64,000 bases of DNA, taken from Perkinsela sp. CCAP 1560/9. Lineage: Eukaryota > Protista > Euglenozoa: Kinetoplastea. Made by a program: the position numbers and the translations under genes. Under the pieces are notes generated by a model that saw only the letters and a list, made by a program, of their open reading frames with translations, did no database searches and was not told the DNA's origin. Numbering within the stretch: the stretch's first letter is position 1; each line of letters starts with the position of its first letter. The DNA lies in NCBI GenBank assembly GCA_965644495.1, contig CBFFSA010000002.1:868001-932000 (forward strand). The letters run 5' to 3'. Below are positions 22,553 through 34,683 of the stretch, piece by piece.

Positions 22553-24976
22553 ATGGGAAAAGGCCGCGACAAACAAAAGCGGCGCGAAAAAAACAACTTA
22601 GAAAAGGCACAACAGCGGCGCGCGCGCATCGCTTCCAAAGAAGCGAAGCATCAAATAAAACGTTCGGTCTTTGATCCAAGTGAGTCACATCACAACGAGC
22701 TCTCCTCCGAAGAGCTGGACGAGCGTCGACACGAGGCGCAGGAAGCGCAAGCGTTCGCTCGAAAAGTACAACGCATGCTGACGCGCACACAGGAATCGGT
22801 CGGCAAGCTCTCTGCCGTCTCTTCCACATCCTCCGTGTTACGTGTCGTTCCCTGTGCTTTCCCCTCGGCTCGGGTCTCCGCAACTCTCACACCCTATCGC
22901 AGCCGCGAAAACGATCACCTCGTGCTCTTTGGTGGGGAGTACTGGGATGGAAAGCGCACCTCCACCTACGACGACCTTTACGTGTATACCATTTCCACCC
23001 AGGCCTGGTCTCAGGTACTTCAGGAGACGACAACGGGTCAAGGAGCGGTGAGCGCATTTCCCCCGCCTCGAAGTGCCCATCAGGCGGTGGTCTGTGACAC
23101 ATTTTTGATTGTATTCGGTGGGGAGTTCACTTCCCCCAGCCAGAGCTGTTTCTTTCACTATGGCGACACCTGGCGCCTGAGTTGTGAAACGTCCCCTTCC
23201 GTATCCGCTTCCCATGGCAAAGCGGAAACCCCCACAGACTTCATTCGTTTTACGCAATGGGAGCCCATAGCATCGAAGGTTTCCAAATCTGGAAGTCAAA
23301 AAAGTGACAAAGCAACGGAATGCGATTCCTCCTCCACGATTTCACTTCCCCTTGTCCCACTCTCCTCCACACGACATGCCCCGTCCCCTCGCAGTGGCCA
23401 CCGAATGGTCTCCTGGCCTTCCCAGGATGCCGTTGTGTTGTTTGGGGGTTTCTACGACCCCTCAAGCCTACAACCCGGGGCGAAGGCCAATGCTTTACAC
23501 TCCTCCCAGGACACCCCGCTGCAGTACCTGGATGACCTCTGGGTGCTGCTCGAGGCGAACGCCGCACGCCCACAATGGCGTGAGATTCATGTTGGGACCT
23601 TCTCCGAGAGACCCTGCGCGCGCAGTGGTCATGGTCTCGCGCTGTACCAGGATGCGCTGTGGCTGTATGGTGGGTTTAGTCTAACCCCCCAGGGGGGTTC
23701 GGTGATGCACAGTGATTTATGGCAGTTCTCGCTTACGCTTGGGCGATGGCAAAGGATAAAGTGTGAGGGGACTCCTCCTTCCCCGCGTAGTGGCATGGCT
23801 GTGGCGCAGCATGAGGGGAAAATATATTTTTTTGGCGGTGTCCGAGACGGTGACAAAGAAATGTCCACGGATGATGCTTTGCACAACTCTGTAAATGCAG
23901 AAACCCAAGAAGATCCATACAGCAACGCAACTGTGGGCCATTTCTACAACGACTTACACGTCTTCGACTGCACTTCCCAAACATTTTACGCACTACACAT
24001 TCCCGCCGATAGCAACATGAAACGAAGCGACCCCCACACAACACCCTCTCCCACAGAACCCCAAACCTCACCTTCTCCAACCTCCCCACCGCTCACCAAC
24101 CTCCCTACCCCCCACACCCTCCCCTCCAACACCCCACCCCCCCTCTCCCACAACCCTTCCCCTTCTCCCCCACACCCACCCCTCAACCCCTCCACAGAAG
24201 TGTGGTCCCATATTTGTCTTTCTTCTTCTTCTTCTTCTTTTCCTTCTTCTTCTATGCTCTCCTCGGCTGCTGCTGCTGCGTCCTCTCCCCCCGTACTCCC
24301 CTGTGGCCGCATGAACCCCATGGTGGCTGTGTCCACCGCCCTCTGCCCCCTCTCCCTCTCCCTCCTCCCACGGGAGCGCCCCGCCCGTCGCCCCACCCTC
24401 TTCCTCCTCGGCGGGTCCCGGGAGCTCACCCCCACCCGGGAGCTCACCCTCTCGGACCTCTACGCCCTGGACCTGCGACGGGCGCGGGCGTACGCGTTGC
24501 TGGGGCGGATGGACCTCAGCGCCCAGCCGTGGTGGGGGGAAGAGGAGGGGGGAGGGGGAAACGGGGACGGGGGTACGGAGGACTGGGAGACCCAGGTGTC
24601 CCAAGGAGGGGGGGGAGGGGGAGACCTGAGAGAGGGGAGGGGGAGGGGGACGGGGACGGGGATAGGGAAAAGGGTGGGACAGCCTGTGGGGGGTTGTGGG
24701 GGGGAGAAAGGGGGTGGGGGGAGGGAGGGGGTGGGGGTGGATCCGAGAAGGGGGGTAGAGGTAGGGGATGGGGGTGGGGAGGGTACGGAGGGTACGGGTT
24801 CTGTGGGATCTTGTGAAGATTTTTCTTCTGTTGAAAGGAAGGAGGAGAGCCTTTCGGAGGAGGAGTCGGATGATTCCGAGGACTGTCCAAAACTTGTGGA
24901 TGCAAATGCTCCTAGTGCGCTAACCCTGGAGAATTTAAACCTGAAGGCGTCTCGTGAGAGGAGGTTTTTGCGCTAA
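22553..24976 (+). CDS. KLHDC4: Kelch-repeat protein, KLHDC4/Kel3-like
   Basis: MGKG basic start, LFGGEYWDG..TYDDLY, PPPRSAHQ, FGGEFTSPSQ..FHYGDTW, PSPRSGHRM, PSPRSGM, FYNDL, ELTLSDLYALDL. Confidence 0.85.
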   Translation: MGKGRDKQKRREKNNLEKAQQRRARIASKEAKHQIKRSVFDPSESHHNELSSEELDERRHEAQEAQAFARKVQRMLTRTQESVGKLSAVSSTSSVLRVVPCAFPSARVSATLTPYRSRENDHLVLFGGEYWDGKRTSTYDDLYVYTISTQAWSQVLQETTTGQGAVSAFPPPRSAHQAVVCDTFLIVFGGEFTSPSQSCFFHYGDTWRLSCETSPSVSASHGKAETPTDFIRFTQWEPIASKVSKSGSQKSDKATECDSSSTISLPLVPLSSTRHAPSPRSGHRMVSWPSQDAVVLFGGFYDPSSLQPGAKANALHSSQDTPLQYLDDLWVLLEANAARPQWREIHVGTFSERPCARSGHGLALYQDALWLYGGFSLTPQGGSVMHSDLWQFSLTLGRWQRIKCEGTPPSPRSGMAVAQHEGKIYFFGGVRDGDKEMSTDDALHNSVNAETQEDPYSNATVGHFYNDLHVFDCTSQTFYALHIPADSNMKRSDPHTTPSPTEPQTSPSPTSPPLTNLPTPHTLPSNTPPPLSHNPSPSPPHPPLNPSTEVWSHICLSSSSSSFPSSSMLSSAAAAASSPPVLPCGRMNPMVAVSTALCPLSLSLLPRERPARRPTLFLLGGSRELTPTRELTLSDLYALDLRRARAYALLGRMDLSAQPWWGEEEGGGGNGDGGTEDWETQVSQGGGGGGDLREGRGRGTGTGIGKRVGQPVGGCGGEKGGGGREGVGVDPRRGVEVGDGGGEGTEGTGSVGSCEDFSSVERKEESLSEEESDDSEDCPKLVDANAPSALTLENLNLKASRERRFLR

Positions 24977-25147
24977 CGTTTTGGCAGGGTCGAAGGTTCC
25001 TTGTTTGGTGTTTTCTGGCTACTTTGACTCGTTCGAAATAAAAAAGAGTTACAAAAAAATAGTATGCTGTAATCCTTGGCTCAATGTTCACTTCACTCTT
25101 TTGTTTTCTCTTTTCGATTGATAATTTTTTGTTGATAGTTTATTCTG

Positions 25148-28100
25148 ATGAACCGCAGCAACGTGAAGTGGAGACTACTACATGAACGGTCCGGTTATGC
25201 TGTAACCTCTCAACCCAGGAACGCCCTTTTGTCTTCTGCCGTACATGAGAGCGTTTCGCTCACAGGGGAAAAGCACATTATTTCTAGGGTGCGAAGCTGT
25301 TTAAAACTTTCTCGGCCACGCATTGGAAGAATGATGCATTCTTTCGGGGGTTTGCGAGTGACAACGATCCCTCTTTTTCTTGCTTCTGGGCTTAATTCAA
25401 GGCAAACATTCTTGTCTTCTTCACGTCACTGTTCCTCTCATGAAGAAGCTTTCGTTTCGAAGCCTAACACCGTGAGTTCTCATCCAGTAGGGGATGCTGA
25501 AAACTCCGGCGAGGATTCAGCGCAGGGCGAAGCGTCTCGGAAAGGAGAATGTGTAGATTGCGAAACTTCTATGGCAATGATCCGAACCATCTTACAGCAT
25601 CTCACTCACGGGCTTCAAAATGAAATATGCGAGACGTCAAATTTGGGTTCAAAGATGAACGAATTGAATTTCCTTAAAGAAGATAAATCGTTTTCTAGTG
25701 ATATGACAGCATCGGAACCTTTAGTGGCACTCCGCGTTCTGCAGTCACCTCATTCTGACTCAGAAGCGTTAAAAGAGTCGGGTAATAGCGATGATTCGTC
25801 CGCACGCACAGTACTTCTTCCACTGCGAAAACTCGCACACTACCTTCTATCTTGCGTCTCAAATGTTACTTTACAAGCAAGTCGAAAAGAAATTTCTGCT
25901 ACCACCGCTTCCCTACTTTCACTGATTCACCAATTGGATCCTGCAACCCTTCTCGGACATGAAAACCTTTGTACCCTAATAGAAATATTGAATGACACGG
26001 ACCACTTCATGCACGCAGTTTTACCTACCACAAGTGATCCTACGATCGATCAGGAACCGAGAATACTCTCCGCCTCTCGATCCGTATTACAAACGAATGG
26101 TGAGGGCTTCCGTGCCTTGTCGCGGCTACTCACCACGAAGGCCTACCATTTGCTAAAATCGCTTCGTGTTGTGGAACGATTCGCAGAGTGCTCCGTCACT
26201 CCGGCCTCTTCCTGGGTCCCTCTCAAACACATCACTGCAGCACATATCCAGGAAGCTAGTGTTTTCATACATACAATCCGTACGCTACGTCGCCTACAGC
26301 ATAATAATTTGGCCTACAGTATGAAAATAAATGACGCTCGAGATCCGTGTAGCCTACCGGATTTCGTTAACGAAGCTAACTCAGTTGCACTGGCAAAGGT
26401 TCCGCAGTTCACGCAAATAGATTTGCTCCACTCTGCTCTAGTGGAACGACATATGATCCCATTTCTGTTTGAGAAGACTCCTTCGAATACCGCTGCACGC
26501 TCGTTTGCATATTTTCGTGCTATCATTTCCGCCCAACTACTGTCACTCTATGCGCAGTTCCCAGAACTAGGGAAAACGTCTATCCCGCTGCTTCCAAAGT
26601 GTGTGCGCGTGGAGAACTTGGTCCTCATGCGAACGCAGTTACAGGAGAGAGGTCTGGTCAAATCTGGTCAAACGGAAGAGCCAACGCTTACCAGTCACAC
26701 GCTCGTCAGTGCCATTTTTTTACAATACGCATCCAATTTGGACGTCACGGAGGTGGATGCCAGTATTCTTGAAATAGTTTGGTCTCATCTTCCGTCGTTG
26801 ACTTTAGGACTGTCCCGTACTTCGGAGATAGTAGTTCCAGAGACTCTCGCTTCATTGCTTGGGGTTTCCGCTTCGTCGTTGTCCGAAGCTGTTACAAGAG
26901 CAATGGGCAATATTGGTTCTCTGGCAACCCGCTTTGCCAAGCGTATCGTGAAGTCTAGCGATTTTCCATCCAGCAATACCCTTCCTATTGTTTTTTGGCA
27001 TGTGACACAAACACTTGAAGAACTCTCCGGTAGCAAACTTTTTAAAGCGGTCAATCAATCGGAATCGGAATTAACCCCTTCTCAAAACATCTTCTCCGAA
27101 AGTTTTAAACCTTTTACTCAAACTTTGTGCCGGTTTCTGTTATCTCTAACGGTATCTCTGTCGCCCATCGCCAATTCTGAATGCCCTCAACCGTCCACGT
27201 GGTTCGGCGAGTCACGTAATGCCCTCAATTCACTTGGGGTTTCACTTCACCCTTCTAAGAAGAGTGCAGAGCTCTTTCATGTCCACCCTTCTTTGCTACA
27301 ATGTATTCGAAGTATGACCAACCTGATACAATTTCAACCCTTCTTACAGGCATTAAACGTGAAACCTGAATCGGCATCGATTGTTCTGAAACAAACGTGC
27401 GCTCATCTAAAGCGTTATTTAGGTTACGCAAACTCTTTGCCTAAGTCAAGTTCCAATTTAGAATTCATAAAGCTTTCGACCCAGATTCTCGTATCTCTTG
27501 GAAAGGCGGGAGTATGGGTGAAAAAGAATTCCGCCGAGACTTTCGACGAACTCAGTCGTCCAATGGGTGAATTGGCAGAACATATTAGCAGCTGTCTCGC
27601 GGCATCAAGCTGTGCTAAATGCTGGTGGGCAATGACAGACACTAATGCCGACTTTAAAATTATTCTAGGAGACTTAAGCAACGTGCTTCCTGAAATACAG
27701 TCGTTATTTCTTGGAAGCAAACATGTATTCCTAAAAGATTTACAGGAACATCTTGTTGTGAGCTCTGAACCGTCCGACGAGCATTCTTTGACGCTGAATC
27801 AGGTTCTGGAATCTTTCTCCACCGATGACGCAGATGCTACTAATGAGCTCCTAGAGAAACAGTGGGCCCAGCTTCAACCACAACTTACGATACCAATGGT
27901 TCTAAAATCGAACGCGGAGGACGTCTTCTCTCTGATCACTCGACTTCAAAAAATTCACCGTGCGTTAAGTGAGACAGATGAGGGATTTCAGTCTCTCTTC
28001 CAAGGGGTGTTTTGCATTTTTCTAAGGAAAAATTTTGGTGATGTGCTTCTCACTAGTCCCCCTGAGGTTGTTTCGGAGAGCCCCTCTTCGGAGCCCGTCC

Positions 28101-31100
28101 TGCATCAACTTGGACATTTGGTGGAACTTGGAGAGTGCTGTGTTCTTTTTAGAGACCGTTCGCGTTTTCTGCGCTTTATCCTCCCCCGTGTCCTCCGTGG
28201 AGTCTCGACCATCACACTACCGCAGGTAGAGAGCGTGCTTCGTCAGCTCTACCAGCTCGGTATCACGGACGAGGACTTTGCTGGATGCAGCACTCAAGCG
28301 TTGCTCCCCGCCTGTCTCTCCCCTGAACTCACAGAGAATATTGCTGAGAAAACCCCACAGAGTTCGCTTGTGTCCTTTTCTTCCCTTTTACAAACGCAAA
28401 CCACTCAAGAGTGTAACCTCGTGTTGTGTTCCCCTTCGCTCTATCCTGGGGTGGAAGACGTGTTTTGTCAACGACTGCTGGCACTAGGGCAAAGCCTTGG
28501 ACCTTCCTCGGCGCTGGGTCTCCTACTCCATTTTTGTGCGGTGTTTCACAATCGCTTAAGTCTGCCTCGAGAACGTCTGGATGTGATTGCATTGGCTGCG
28601 CTGGAAGTCGTACGTCGTCCCACCGTGTTGGACACCGCACTTGGGGTTCTTCATGAGCGTTTGTGCGCGGCTCGGTTGGGAGAAGGGGGAAAGGTGTCTG
28701 CTTCCTCGTCTGGCGGGTCCACGTCCTCGTCTGATGCTCCCTCCTCACGTGAAAAGCCGCATCAACCGAACGCAGAATTAATTCCGGAGACGGAAGCGGA
28801 GTTAGCGACGATAGCGTATGCCAACCCTCCACGAGCGACGCTTTATGTGTTGTGTCGCGCCGCACTGTCTGATCCTACTGCACTTGCAGAACCCTTTACG
28901 GATCAAATCAGTGAAGGGATAGAAGATAACGACACGAATTCTGCGGGTATTGCACTCTCCGAGTCTCAACTTCGGATTTTAAAAGTGGTGGAATGCGTAA
29001 CACACTTCTACGTGCGTACGGATAAGAGTCTTCTCGAAGCATTGGTGGTGAACCTCGGGGAGAGTCTGGAGGGGCTGGTCGCGGCAAGAAGGTTGGAGGC
29101 ATCGTCCTTGGAAAACGCTCACAGCAAGTTTGTTCCTGCTTTGCGATGGGTACTGACTACGCTGCACGCTGTAACTCACGTCGACACCTCCGCATCTCTG
29201 CACTCCATAGCGCTCCCTGAGGACATTCCCAGTACCACTTGGATTGGATGGAACTACAGCCTCTATTCTCGAGCGCAATCTCTTCTTCCCTCTGATCTAC
29301 GCGCGAGACTCCTTGGGGCGGTTCTACCTTCCCTCGCGAAGGTACTCGTGGAATTTCCTCCCAAAGACACGCACTTCGCGATAGAGACCTTGACCTCTCG
29401 TGAGTGGGTGATGCTGTGTGTGCTGCTAAACTCATATAACCCATGGGAGGCGCTTCCCACTAGAGCATCCTCGGACGACGCTCTATCAGTTTCATTACAC
29501 ACCTCACTGGGCCCCGTGGAGATGAGTCACTTAGCCGAGGCCACGGCGCGGAGTCTTTCTGCGTTACTTGATCGCGGCACCCAACTCACCGGAGACTCCT
29601 CCCACACCCTTTCCCACCTCCACTTTGAGCTCTCCCAGCTTGTTCAGCTCAACCCCTATCTGGCACACTCCATCCTGTACGCTCAACCCACAGGGGCTAC
29701 CCAACCCGCCCACGGTGCCCCCACAACCGCGCCCTCGCTCCTCTCTTGGGCACTCTTCCTCCGAGCTCTCGGACCCTTCTACAAACCCCTCAGCAACCCT
29801 TCCTCCATTCAACCCTCCAAGCCCTTTACCAACGTGTTTCCATCCCCCCCTCCCGAGTCTTCTTCTTCCCTCTCCGCCATCGTCTCCCCGGATTTTCTGG
29901 TACGGCAACTCTGCCACCTCTCCCACCCTCCACCGGTACTCCTGGAGGTCGCCGCGCTGCTGCGTCAGGCGGTTTACGAAGTCCCCCCTCCTGTGTTACT
30001 CCACCTCGCCGCGGCACTCACCCACACAGCGCTGGAGCAACACGCCCCCGCCCTCAGCCCCTCCGGGGAGTGTCCCCAGCCGAGGAGAAAAGAAACAGAG
30101 GTGCTGGGCCGCACGGCGGGGTCAGAGGGAATGGCAAGCCCAACCGGGTCAAAGGATTCCGGGGAGACGGCATCCCGGGAGGGGCAGCTCATGGAAGAGC
30201 GATCTCCGACACAGTCCATGTTTCGCTCTCTCACCTCCGTGGCGCTGGGTAAAACTGCGCAAGAGGATGTGCCTAAGACTGGACAATTCGCCTTTCTTGC
30301 GGGCACCGCACTGGGGTTACTCCAGCCCGGGTCTCGTGCCACCACGCTGTTCTCGGCGTTCCTGGAGGACTGGCTTGATGTGTTTGCTTCGGTAATCGAG
30401 CCCCACCTGGAGGAACTCACCGCAGGGGAGTTTGTCGTCTTTTTACGTGTGATGACGAGTGCACGGATGAGTGACAAGGAGTCGCTCCTTCACGCTGCTG
30501 TGAAAAGTGTGAAACGGCGGTGCCCGACGCACTACGGAGACTATTTCAGGAGAGGTTTCACTTCCAAAGACACCATTCCGGTACGACGGTACACACTTAT
30601 TCCCTCGGAGCTCATTGACGTGTTAAAGTGTCTCACAGAGTTGCGTCAGGAGTGTCATGGTTTGCTACAGACCGCACTGCCAGCGTTACGGGTGGCACTG
30701 CGACTGTCCGTTCCTTCCGAGAACAGAACGAATGTGGGCGGCGGTCCACCGTACTACGCAGCCCCCGCCCTCACCGCGCTCTCCCTGCATAACCTTGAGA
30801 GTTTGCTCTTTGTCGCGCACTGTGCCTCGCTGCGGGATGTCTCTCTTCTGGTCACAGTGATTACCCGTGTAGGAGAGTGGCTCCAAGCTGGTGTCCCGAT
30901 TGCACCTCGTCAAATTACCTACACCCTCTGTTTGCTCGCGAGTAATGCCTCGCTACTGGCCGCATTTACGCGAAAAGTACGTGAACAATCCAACGACCCA
31001 ACCCCCTCGGAAAACGACCCCCACGAGGACGAAAAACAACCCCAGCCCGTCTCCACCCCCCTCACCCCCGAGCAACCCTACCACCCCGACGGCACCCTCG

Positions 31101-32302
31101 CCCCCCACCTCGCCTCCCAGGCCCTCCACAACCTCCAAGGCGCCATCCTCGACCTCCTGGAGTGGCTCACCGACATCGCGGACTCCCTCCAAGCCGACGA
31201 GTCCGTCCTCCTCCTCGACGCCCTGGCCCGGCTCAGCAAAGGCATCGCCACCCTCCTCCACCTCCCCTCCCCCGCGGAGTCCACCCAGGTCATCCAAACC
31301 GCCGTCGAGGCCGTGCTGCGTCGTGTCGAGGCCCTTCTCCCCGTCCTCCCCCCCGCCCCCCTCTCCGCGATCTGCGCCGCCCTCTCCCGGCTCCACCCCC
31401 TAAGGTACGAATCCACCCTGGCCGCCCTCGCGGACCGCATCCTGGAACACCCCGAGGGCTTCGTCCGCGGGCACGACATCGTGCGCGTCCTGCACGCCTT
31501 TGGGCGGCTCCGGGTCCCCCACAAGGGGCTCTTCGCCGTCCTCGCGGACCGGCTGAGGCTGCGCGCGACCCGGGCCTCGTTGAGCCCCACCGACGCGGTG
31601 CTCGCGATCCAGGCCTTCGGGGAGGCCCGGCACCTGGATGAGCCCCGGGTCCGGGAACTCGCCTCGGCGTGTGTGGGGGAGAGGGGGCGGCTGGGGCACG
31701 TGGACGTGTTGGTGGCGCTGACCGCGATGGCCAAGCTGCGGGTGCACCATGAGGGGTTCTTCCGGGCCATGGCGGAGAGGGTGGTGGAGCTGGTTCAGGA
31801 GTTCAGTCTGCCGCAGCTGGCACTGCTGTTGCACGCGTTCGCGAGGATGAATCTGACGCACGGGGAGATGGTGGCGGCGGTGATGGGGAGGATTACGGAG
31901 GAGATGGAGGAGATTGATGGGAAGACGACGGCGAATGTGTTGGTGAGTCTGGGGGAGATTGAGTATGCAAGGATAGAGGTGTGGACGGCGTTGGCGGATC
32001 ATATTAGTTCGTCCCCGGCGAACACCGCGACGTTGACGGTGCGGAATGTGGAGGATTTGTGTACGCTGTGTCAGCGCACGAACTGGTGCCACGAACCGCT
32101 GTTGATGAGTCTCGCAGAGCACTTGGCGAACCTTGCGGAGAATCAGCCGGAGAGCTCCTCGGGGTTGTCGAATATCGTATCCCCGGCGGTGGCGCGGCTG
32201 TTGCTCGACACGTTGGGCATATTCTTGCTGAATCATCCCCACGCGCGTAAGGTGCTGTCCCCGCTGGCCAGCGCGGCCTCGTTAGAGAACAAGGGATTAT
32301 GA
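25148..32302 (+). CDS. Giant (2384 aa) alpha-helical repeat protein, probably a mitochondrial RNA-binding factor
   Basis: Uninterrupted 7.1-kb ORF. C-terminal ~37-aa repeats such as [16 protein letters not shown] and [16 protein letters not shown] (HPR/OPR/RESC-like). Arg/Ser-rich N-terminus. Confidence 0.7.
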   Translation: MNRSNVKWRLLHERSGYAVTSQPRNALLSSAVHESVSLTGEKHIISRVRSCLKLSRPRIGRMMHSFGGLRVTTIPLFLASGLNSRQTFLSSSRHCSSHEEAFVSKPNTVSSHPVGDAENSGEDSAQGEASRKGECVDCETSMAMIRTILQHLTHGLQNEICETSNLGSKMNELNFLKEDKSFSSDMTASEPLVALRVLQSPHSDSEALKESGNSDDSSARTVLLPLRKLAHYLLSCVSNVTLQASRKEISATTASLLSLIHQLDPATLLGHENLCTLIEILNDTDHFMHAVLPTTSDPTIDQEPRILSASRSVLQTNGEGFRALSRLLTTKAYHLLKSLRVVERFAECSVTPASSWVPLKHITAAHIQEASVFIHTIRTLRRLQHNNLAYSMKINDARDPCSLPDFVNEANSVALAKVPQFTQIDLLHSALVERHMIPFLFEKTPSNTAARSFAYFRAIISAQLLSLYAQFPELGKTSIPLLPKCVRVENLVLMRTQLQERGLVKSGQTEEPTLTSHTLVSAIFLQYASNLDVTEVDASILEIVWSHLPSLTLGLSRTSEIVVPETLASLLGVSASSLSEAVTRAMGNIGSLATRFAKRIVKSSDFPSSNTLPIVFWHVTQTLEELSGSKLFKAVNQSESELTPSQNIFSESFKPFTQTLCRFLLSLTVSLSPIANSECPQPSTWFGESRNALNSLGVSLHPSKKSAELFHVHPSLLQCIRSMTNLIQFQPFLQALNVKPESASIVLKQTCAHLKRYLGYANSLPKSSSNLEFIKLSTQILVSLGKAGVWVKKNSAETFDELSRPMGELAEHISSCLAASSCAKCWWAMTDTNADFKIILGDLSNVLPEIQSLFLGSKHVFLKDLQEHLVVSSEPSDEHSLTLNQVLESFSTDDADATNELLEKQWAQLQPQLTIPMVLKSNAEDVFSLITRLQKIHRALSETDEGFQSLFQGVFCIFLRKNFGDVLLTSPPEVVSESPSSEPVLHQLGHLVELGECCVLFRDRSRFLRFILPRVLRGVSTITLPQVESVLRQLYQLGITDEDFAGCSTQALLPACLSPELTENIAEKTPQSSLVSFSSLLQTQTTQECNLVLCSPSLYPGVEDVFCQRLLALGQSLGPSSALGLLLHFCAVFHNRLSLPRERLDVIALAALEVVRRPTVLDTALGVLHERLCAARLGEGGKVSASSSGGSTSSSDAPSSREKPHQPNAELIPETEAELATIAYANPPRATLYVLCRAALSDPTALAEPFTDQISEGIEDNDTNSAGIALSESQLRILKVVECVTHFYVRTDKSLLEALVVNLGESLEGLVAARRLEASSLENAHSKFVPALRWVLTTLHAVTHVDTSASLHSIALPEDIPSTTWIGWNYSLYSRAQSLLPSDLRARLLGAVLPSLAKVLVEFPPKDTHFAIETLTSREWVMLCVLLNSYNPWEALPTRASSDDALSVSLHTSLGPVEMSHLAEATARSLSALLDRGTQLTGDSSHTLSHLHFELSQLVQLNPYLAHSILYAQPTGATQPAHGAPTTAPSLLSWALFLRALGPFYKPLSNPSSIQPSKPFTNVFPSPPPESSSSLSAIVSPDFLVRQLCHLSHPPPVLLEVAALLRQAVYEVPPPVLLHLAAALTHTALEQHAPALSPSGECPQPRRKETEVLGRTAGSEGMASPTGSKDSGETASREGQLMEERSPTQSMFRSLTSVALGKTAQEDVPKTGQFAFLAGTALGLLQPGSRATTLFSAFLEDWLDVFASVIEPHLEELTAGEFVVFLRVMTSARMSDKESLLHAAVKSVKRRCPTHYGDYFRRGFTSKDTIPVRRYTLIPSELIDVLKCLTELRQECHGLLQTALPALRVALRLSVPSENRTNVGGGPPYYAAPALTALSLHNLESLLFVAHCASLRDVSLLVTVITRVGEWLQAGVPIAPRQITYTLCLLASNASLLAAFTRKVREQSNDPTPSENDPHEDEKQPQPVSTPLTPEQPYHPDGTLAPHLASQALHNLQGAILDLLEWLTDIADSLQADESVLLLDALARLSKGIATLLHLPSPAESTQVIQTAVEAVLRRVEALLPVLPPAPLSAICAALSRLHPLRYESTLAALADRILEHPEGFVRGHDIVRVLHAFGRLRVPHKGLFAVLADRLRLRATRASLSPTDAVLAIQAFGEARHLDEPRVRELASACVGERGRLGHVDVLVALTAMAKLRVHHEGFFRAMAERVVELVQEFSLPQLALLLHAFARMNLTHGEMVAAVMGRITEEMEEIDGKTTANVLVSLGEIEYARIEVWTALADHISSSPANTATLTVRNVEDLCTLCQRTNWCHEPLLMSLAEHLANLAENQPESSSGLSNIVSPAVARLLLDTLGIFLLNHPHARKVLSPLASAASLENKGL

Positions 32303-32585
32303 GTGTAAGAAAAGTGTTATACGGTGTATACGGGTTAGTTTCAAAAATAAATGGAATGAAAAGAGAGTAAGAGGAGCGAATGTTGTCTATTAACTTTACT
32401 AACTAATCACTACTTAAAGTTTACTACGAGTGTACTTACTATGCTCAATCTTCGTCGCTTAAAGGGGGTGTACGAATTTAAATTGTGCATCTTTATTTGT
32501 GGAAGTGTTTCACACGAAAATTATTTTATTCCCCCACAGGCTTTTTTTAAAGTTTTTACACTGTTTTGAGCATCCTATAACCCGT

Positions 32586-33434
32586 ATGTCAGACAATCAA
32601 ACTGTGGGAAAGCATCAACAGGATGTAAGGAGTACATCTGCTCAAAGTTTCAGTAGTAGTCGTCGCGGAAAAGTTTCTCGAGCATCTTTTCCTCCGGAAA
32701 TAGAACTTTTTCGATTTATAGAGGGCTTGACGAATACAGATCCAACTTGGAATGCATCGACGCCTGCTTGCAAATGGTCTGGAATACGTTGCTGTGATCC
32801 AACTCGACCACAGGACGTCACAGACATCGTATGGCAGCGACTTGAGCTTTGCGGGACTCCAAGTTGGAAGTATTTACCCGAATCCGTGCTTTTTCTGAAC
32901 TTGTTTCGAAATGCTTTGACGGGTAACTTACCGCTTAACGTTCTCCCTAGAAAACTTGGGATTCTGTGTTGTGGTGAAAATGAACTCAATGGTGCTTTTG
33001 AAGTAGAGCACATGCCGGATCTCATGGTTCAAGCGTATTTGTTTATAAACAATTTATGTGGGACTCTGGACCTATCTCTTTTCCCTTCAAGTCTTGAAAA
33101 CCTTTCGCTATCTCAAAACCATTTGTTCGGGCCTCTCGATTTTTCTTTGTTAGCAACGAACCTCATAGAGCTGAACTTATCTATCAACAAGTTTACGGGG
33201 ACTATTGATCTAGGTCATCTCCCCTCATCCTTGGTTTCTCTCTATTTGGACAATAATCGCTTTGTGAGTATAAAGGGGCTAAATTCATTGCCCGAAGCCA
33301 TGGTTGTTTTGCACCTGGCATACAATGAGGATCTTAAGGGGGAATTTCGTATCTCATCGTTGCCTTTATCTCTTCGTCGCCTTACAGACATAAATTTTGA
33401 CATACGTGAGACACAAGTAACGTACTTGCCTTAA
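32586..33434 (+). CDS. LRR protein
   Basis: RRGKVSRASFPPEIELFRFI leader, CKWSGIRC cap, about seven LRRs. Confidence 0.88.
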   Translation: MSDNQTVGKHQQDVRSTSAQSFSSSRRGKVSRASFPPEIELFRFIEGLTNTDPTWNASTPACKWSGIRCCDPTRPQDVTDIVWQRLELCGTPSWKYLPESVLFLNLFRNALTGNLPLNVLPRKLGILCCGENELNGAFEVEHMPDLMVQAYLFINNLCGTLDLSLFPSSLENLSLSQNHLFGPLDFSLLATNLIELNLSINKFTGTIDLGHLPSSLVSLYLDNNRFVSIKGLNSLPEAMVVLHLAYNEDLKGEFRISSLPLSLRRLTDINFDIRETQVTYLP

Positions 33435-33589
33435 ATGTGAGAAGACTTTTAAAGGACAGCGTGGTCTTTTTGGTGCTCTTCATGTAAATAGTGAAGTTTT
33501 CGGTTCAATCTTGTGCCATCCTGCACACTTGTATTCATGCACTTTTTGTTTTTTTTTTTTGCGGTAGCTGTATACAAGAAAGCAATTTA

Positions 33590-34291
33590 ATGAGTCGCAT
33601 AGCAAGTGAAGTTCCGTGTGAGACAGAGAATGGCGATTTTCAAACGCATGAAAATAATTCTGAGTATTGTTGTCGAGTATGTGGCTTTATTCTTTTTACA
33701 GAGACACAAGTCGCCTCTCATTCTTACACGTACTGTACAAAGCCACGCTCTTACACTCTGTCGAGCGAAAATAATGAGCGATTTGTTCAGTCCTCTTCTC
33801 AACCTAAAGCATTTCGACATAAACACTATCATCAAGCCCGTGAGTACTCACCAAACTGTAGTTCCATCTTTATTTCATGGAATAATTCTCACGATGAACC
33901 TCCCCGTGCATCAGAAGACCTCCAAATTCAGTCGGACACAGAAACAAACGGATCGACTACCGTTTCTTCAAGCAGAAACTCGGTTTTCGGTGCACCAGAA
34001 AGTGAGAACTGCACAAATTTAGAGCCTTCAGCAATTCTTTCTTGGGTGCGAAATTACGTACACGCGCGTACCTTGAATGGACAACTTATGGGTGATTTGT
34101 ACTGTCCGTCTTCAGCATGCAACTCAATTGTCCCTACTAAAGCCGATGTAAAAAATGGACAACCAGCGCGCTCTTCCGCAGTTAAGGTGGGAAGGTACAA
34201 TTTATGTGGCGCACAATGCTCCTGTGGATACTGGGTGTGTCCTGCCGTCCAGTTTACGCGCTCTCGAATTGAAAAGCGCTGCGTCACGTAG
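33590..34291 (+). CDS. Stand-alone YVH1/DUSP12-type zinc-binding domain protein
   Basis: YCCRVCGFILF...H, CSSIF, W...GDLYCP..C, VGRYNLCGAQCSCGYWVCPAVQFTRSRI. No phosphatase CX5R domain. Confidence 0.8.
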   Translation: MSRIASEVPCETENGDFQTHENNSEYCCRVCGFILFTETQVASHSYTYCTKPRSYTLSSENNERFVQSSSQPKAFRHKHYHQAREYSPNCSSIFISWNNSHDEPPRASEDLQIQSDTETNGSTTVSSSRNSVFGAPESENCTNLEPSAILSWVRNYVHARTLNGQLMGDLYCPSSACNSIVPTKADVKNGQPARSSAVKVGRYNLCGAQCSCGYWVCPAVQFTRSRIEKRCVT

Positions 34292-34683
34292 GTGCTACAG
34301 TGGAGAGACTAGCGTTCTCCTGTATATACAATGTTGCGCGTGGAAAAATCAGACCGTCGGTCAACGAACGAGTCGTTTTATAGAACCTGCACAGCAAGAA
34401 CTCTTTCCTGGGAGAACGTAATGTATTGTAACACAGGCCTGTTTCGTGTCGCTTGTGTTGACAAAAACAACTCTCTTCAACTCTTTTAATCCGCAACCCA
34501 TGAAGTTCGTTAATCGAACGTCGGCTCCAGCGCCTCAAATACTGGACTTTCCTTCGTTTTTCCTCTTTGTTGTATATTCTTCCTTTCCATCGCCATTTCC
34601 CTTTCTTTTCTCTCGCACTCCACTATTCAACTCTCCTTCCTCCCACCTTTCCACACCCTCTCCCCTTCCCCCTCCCCTACCCC

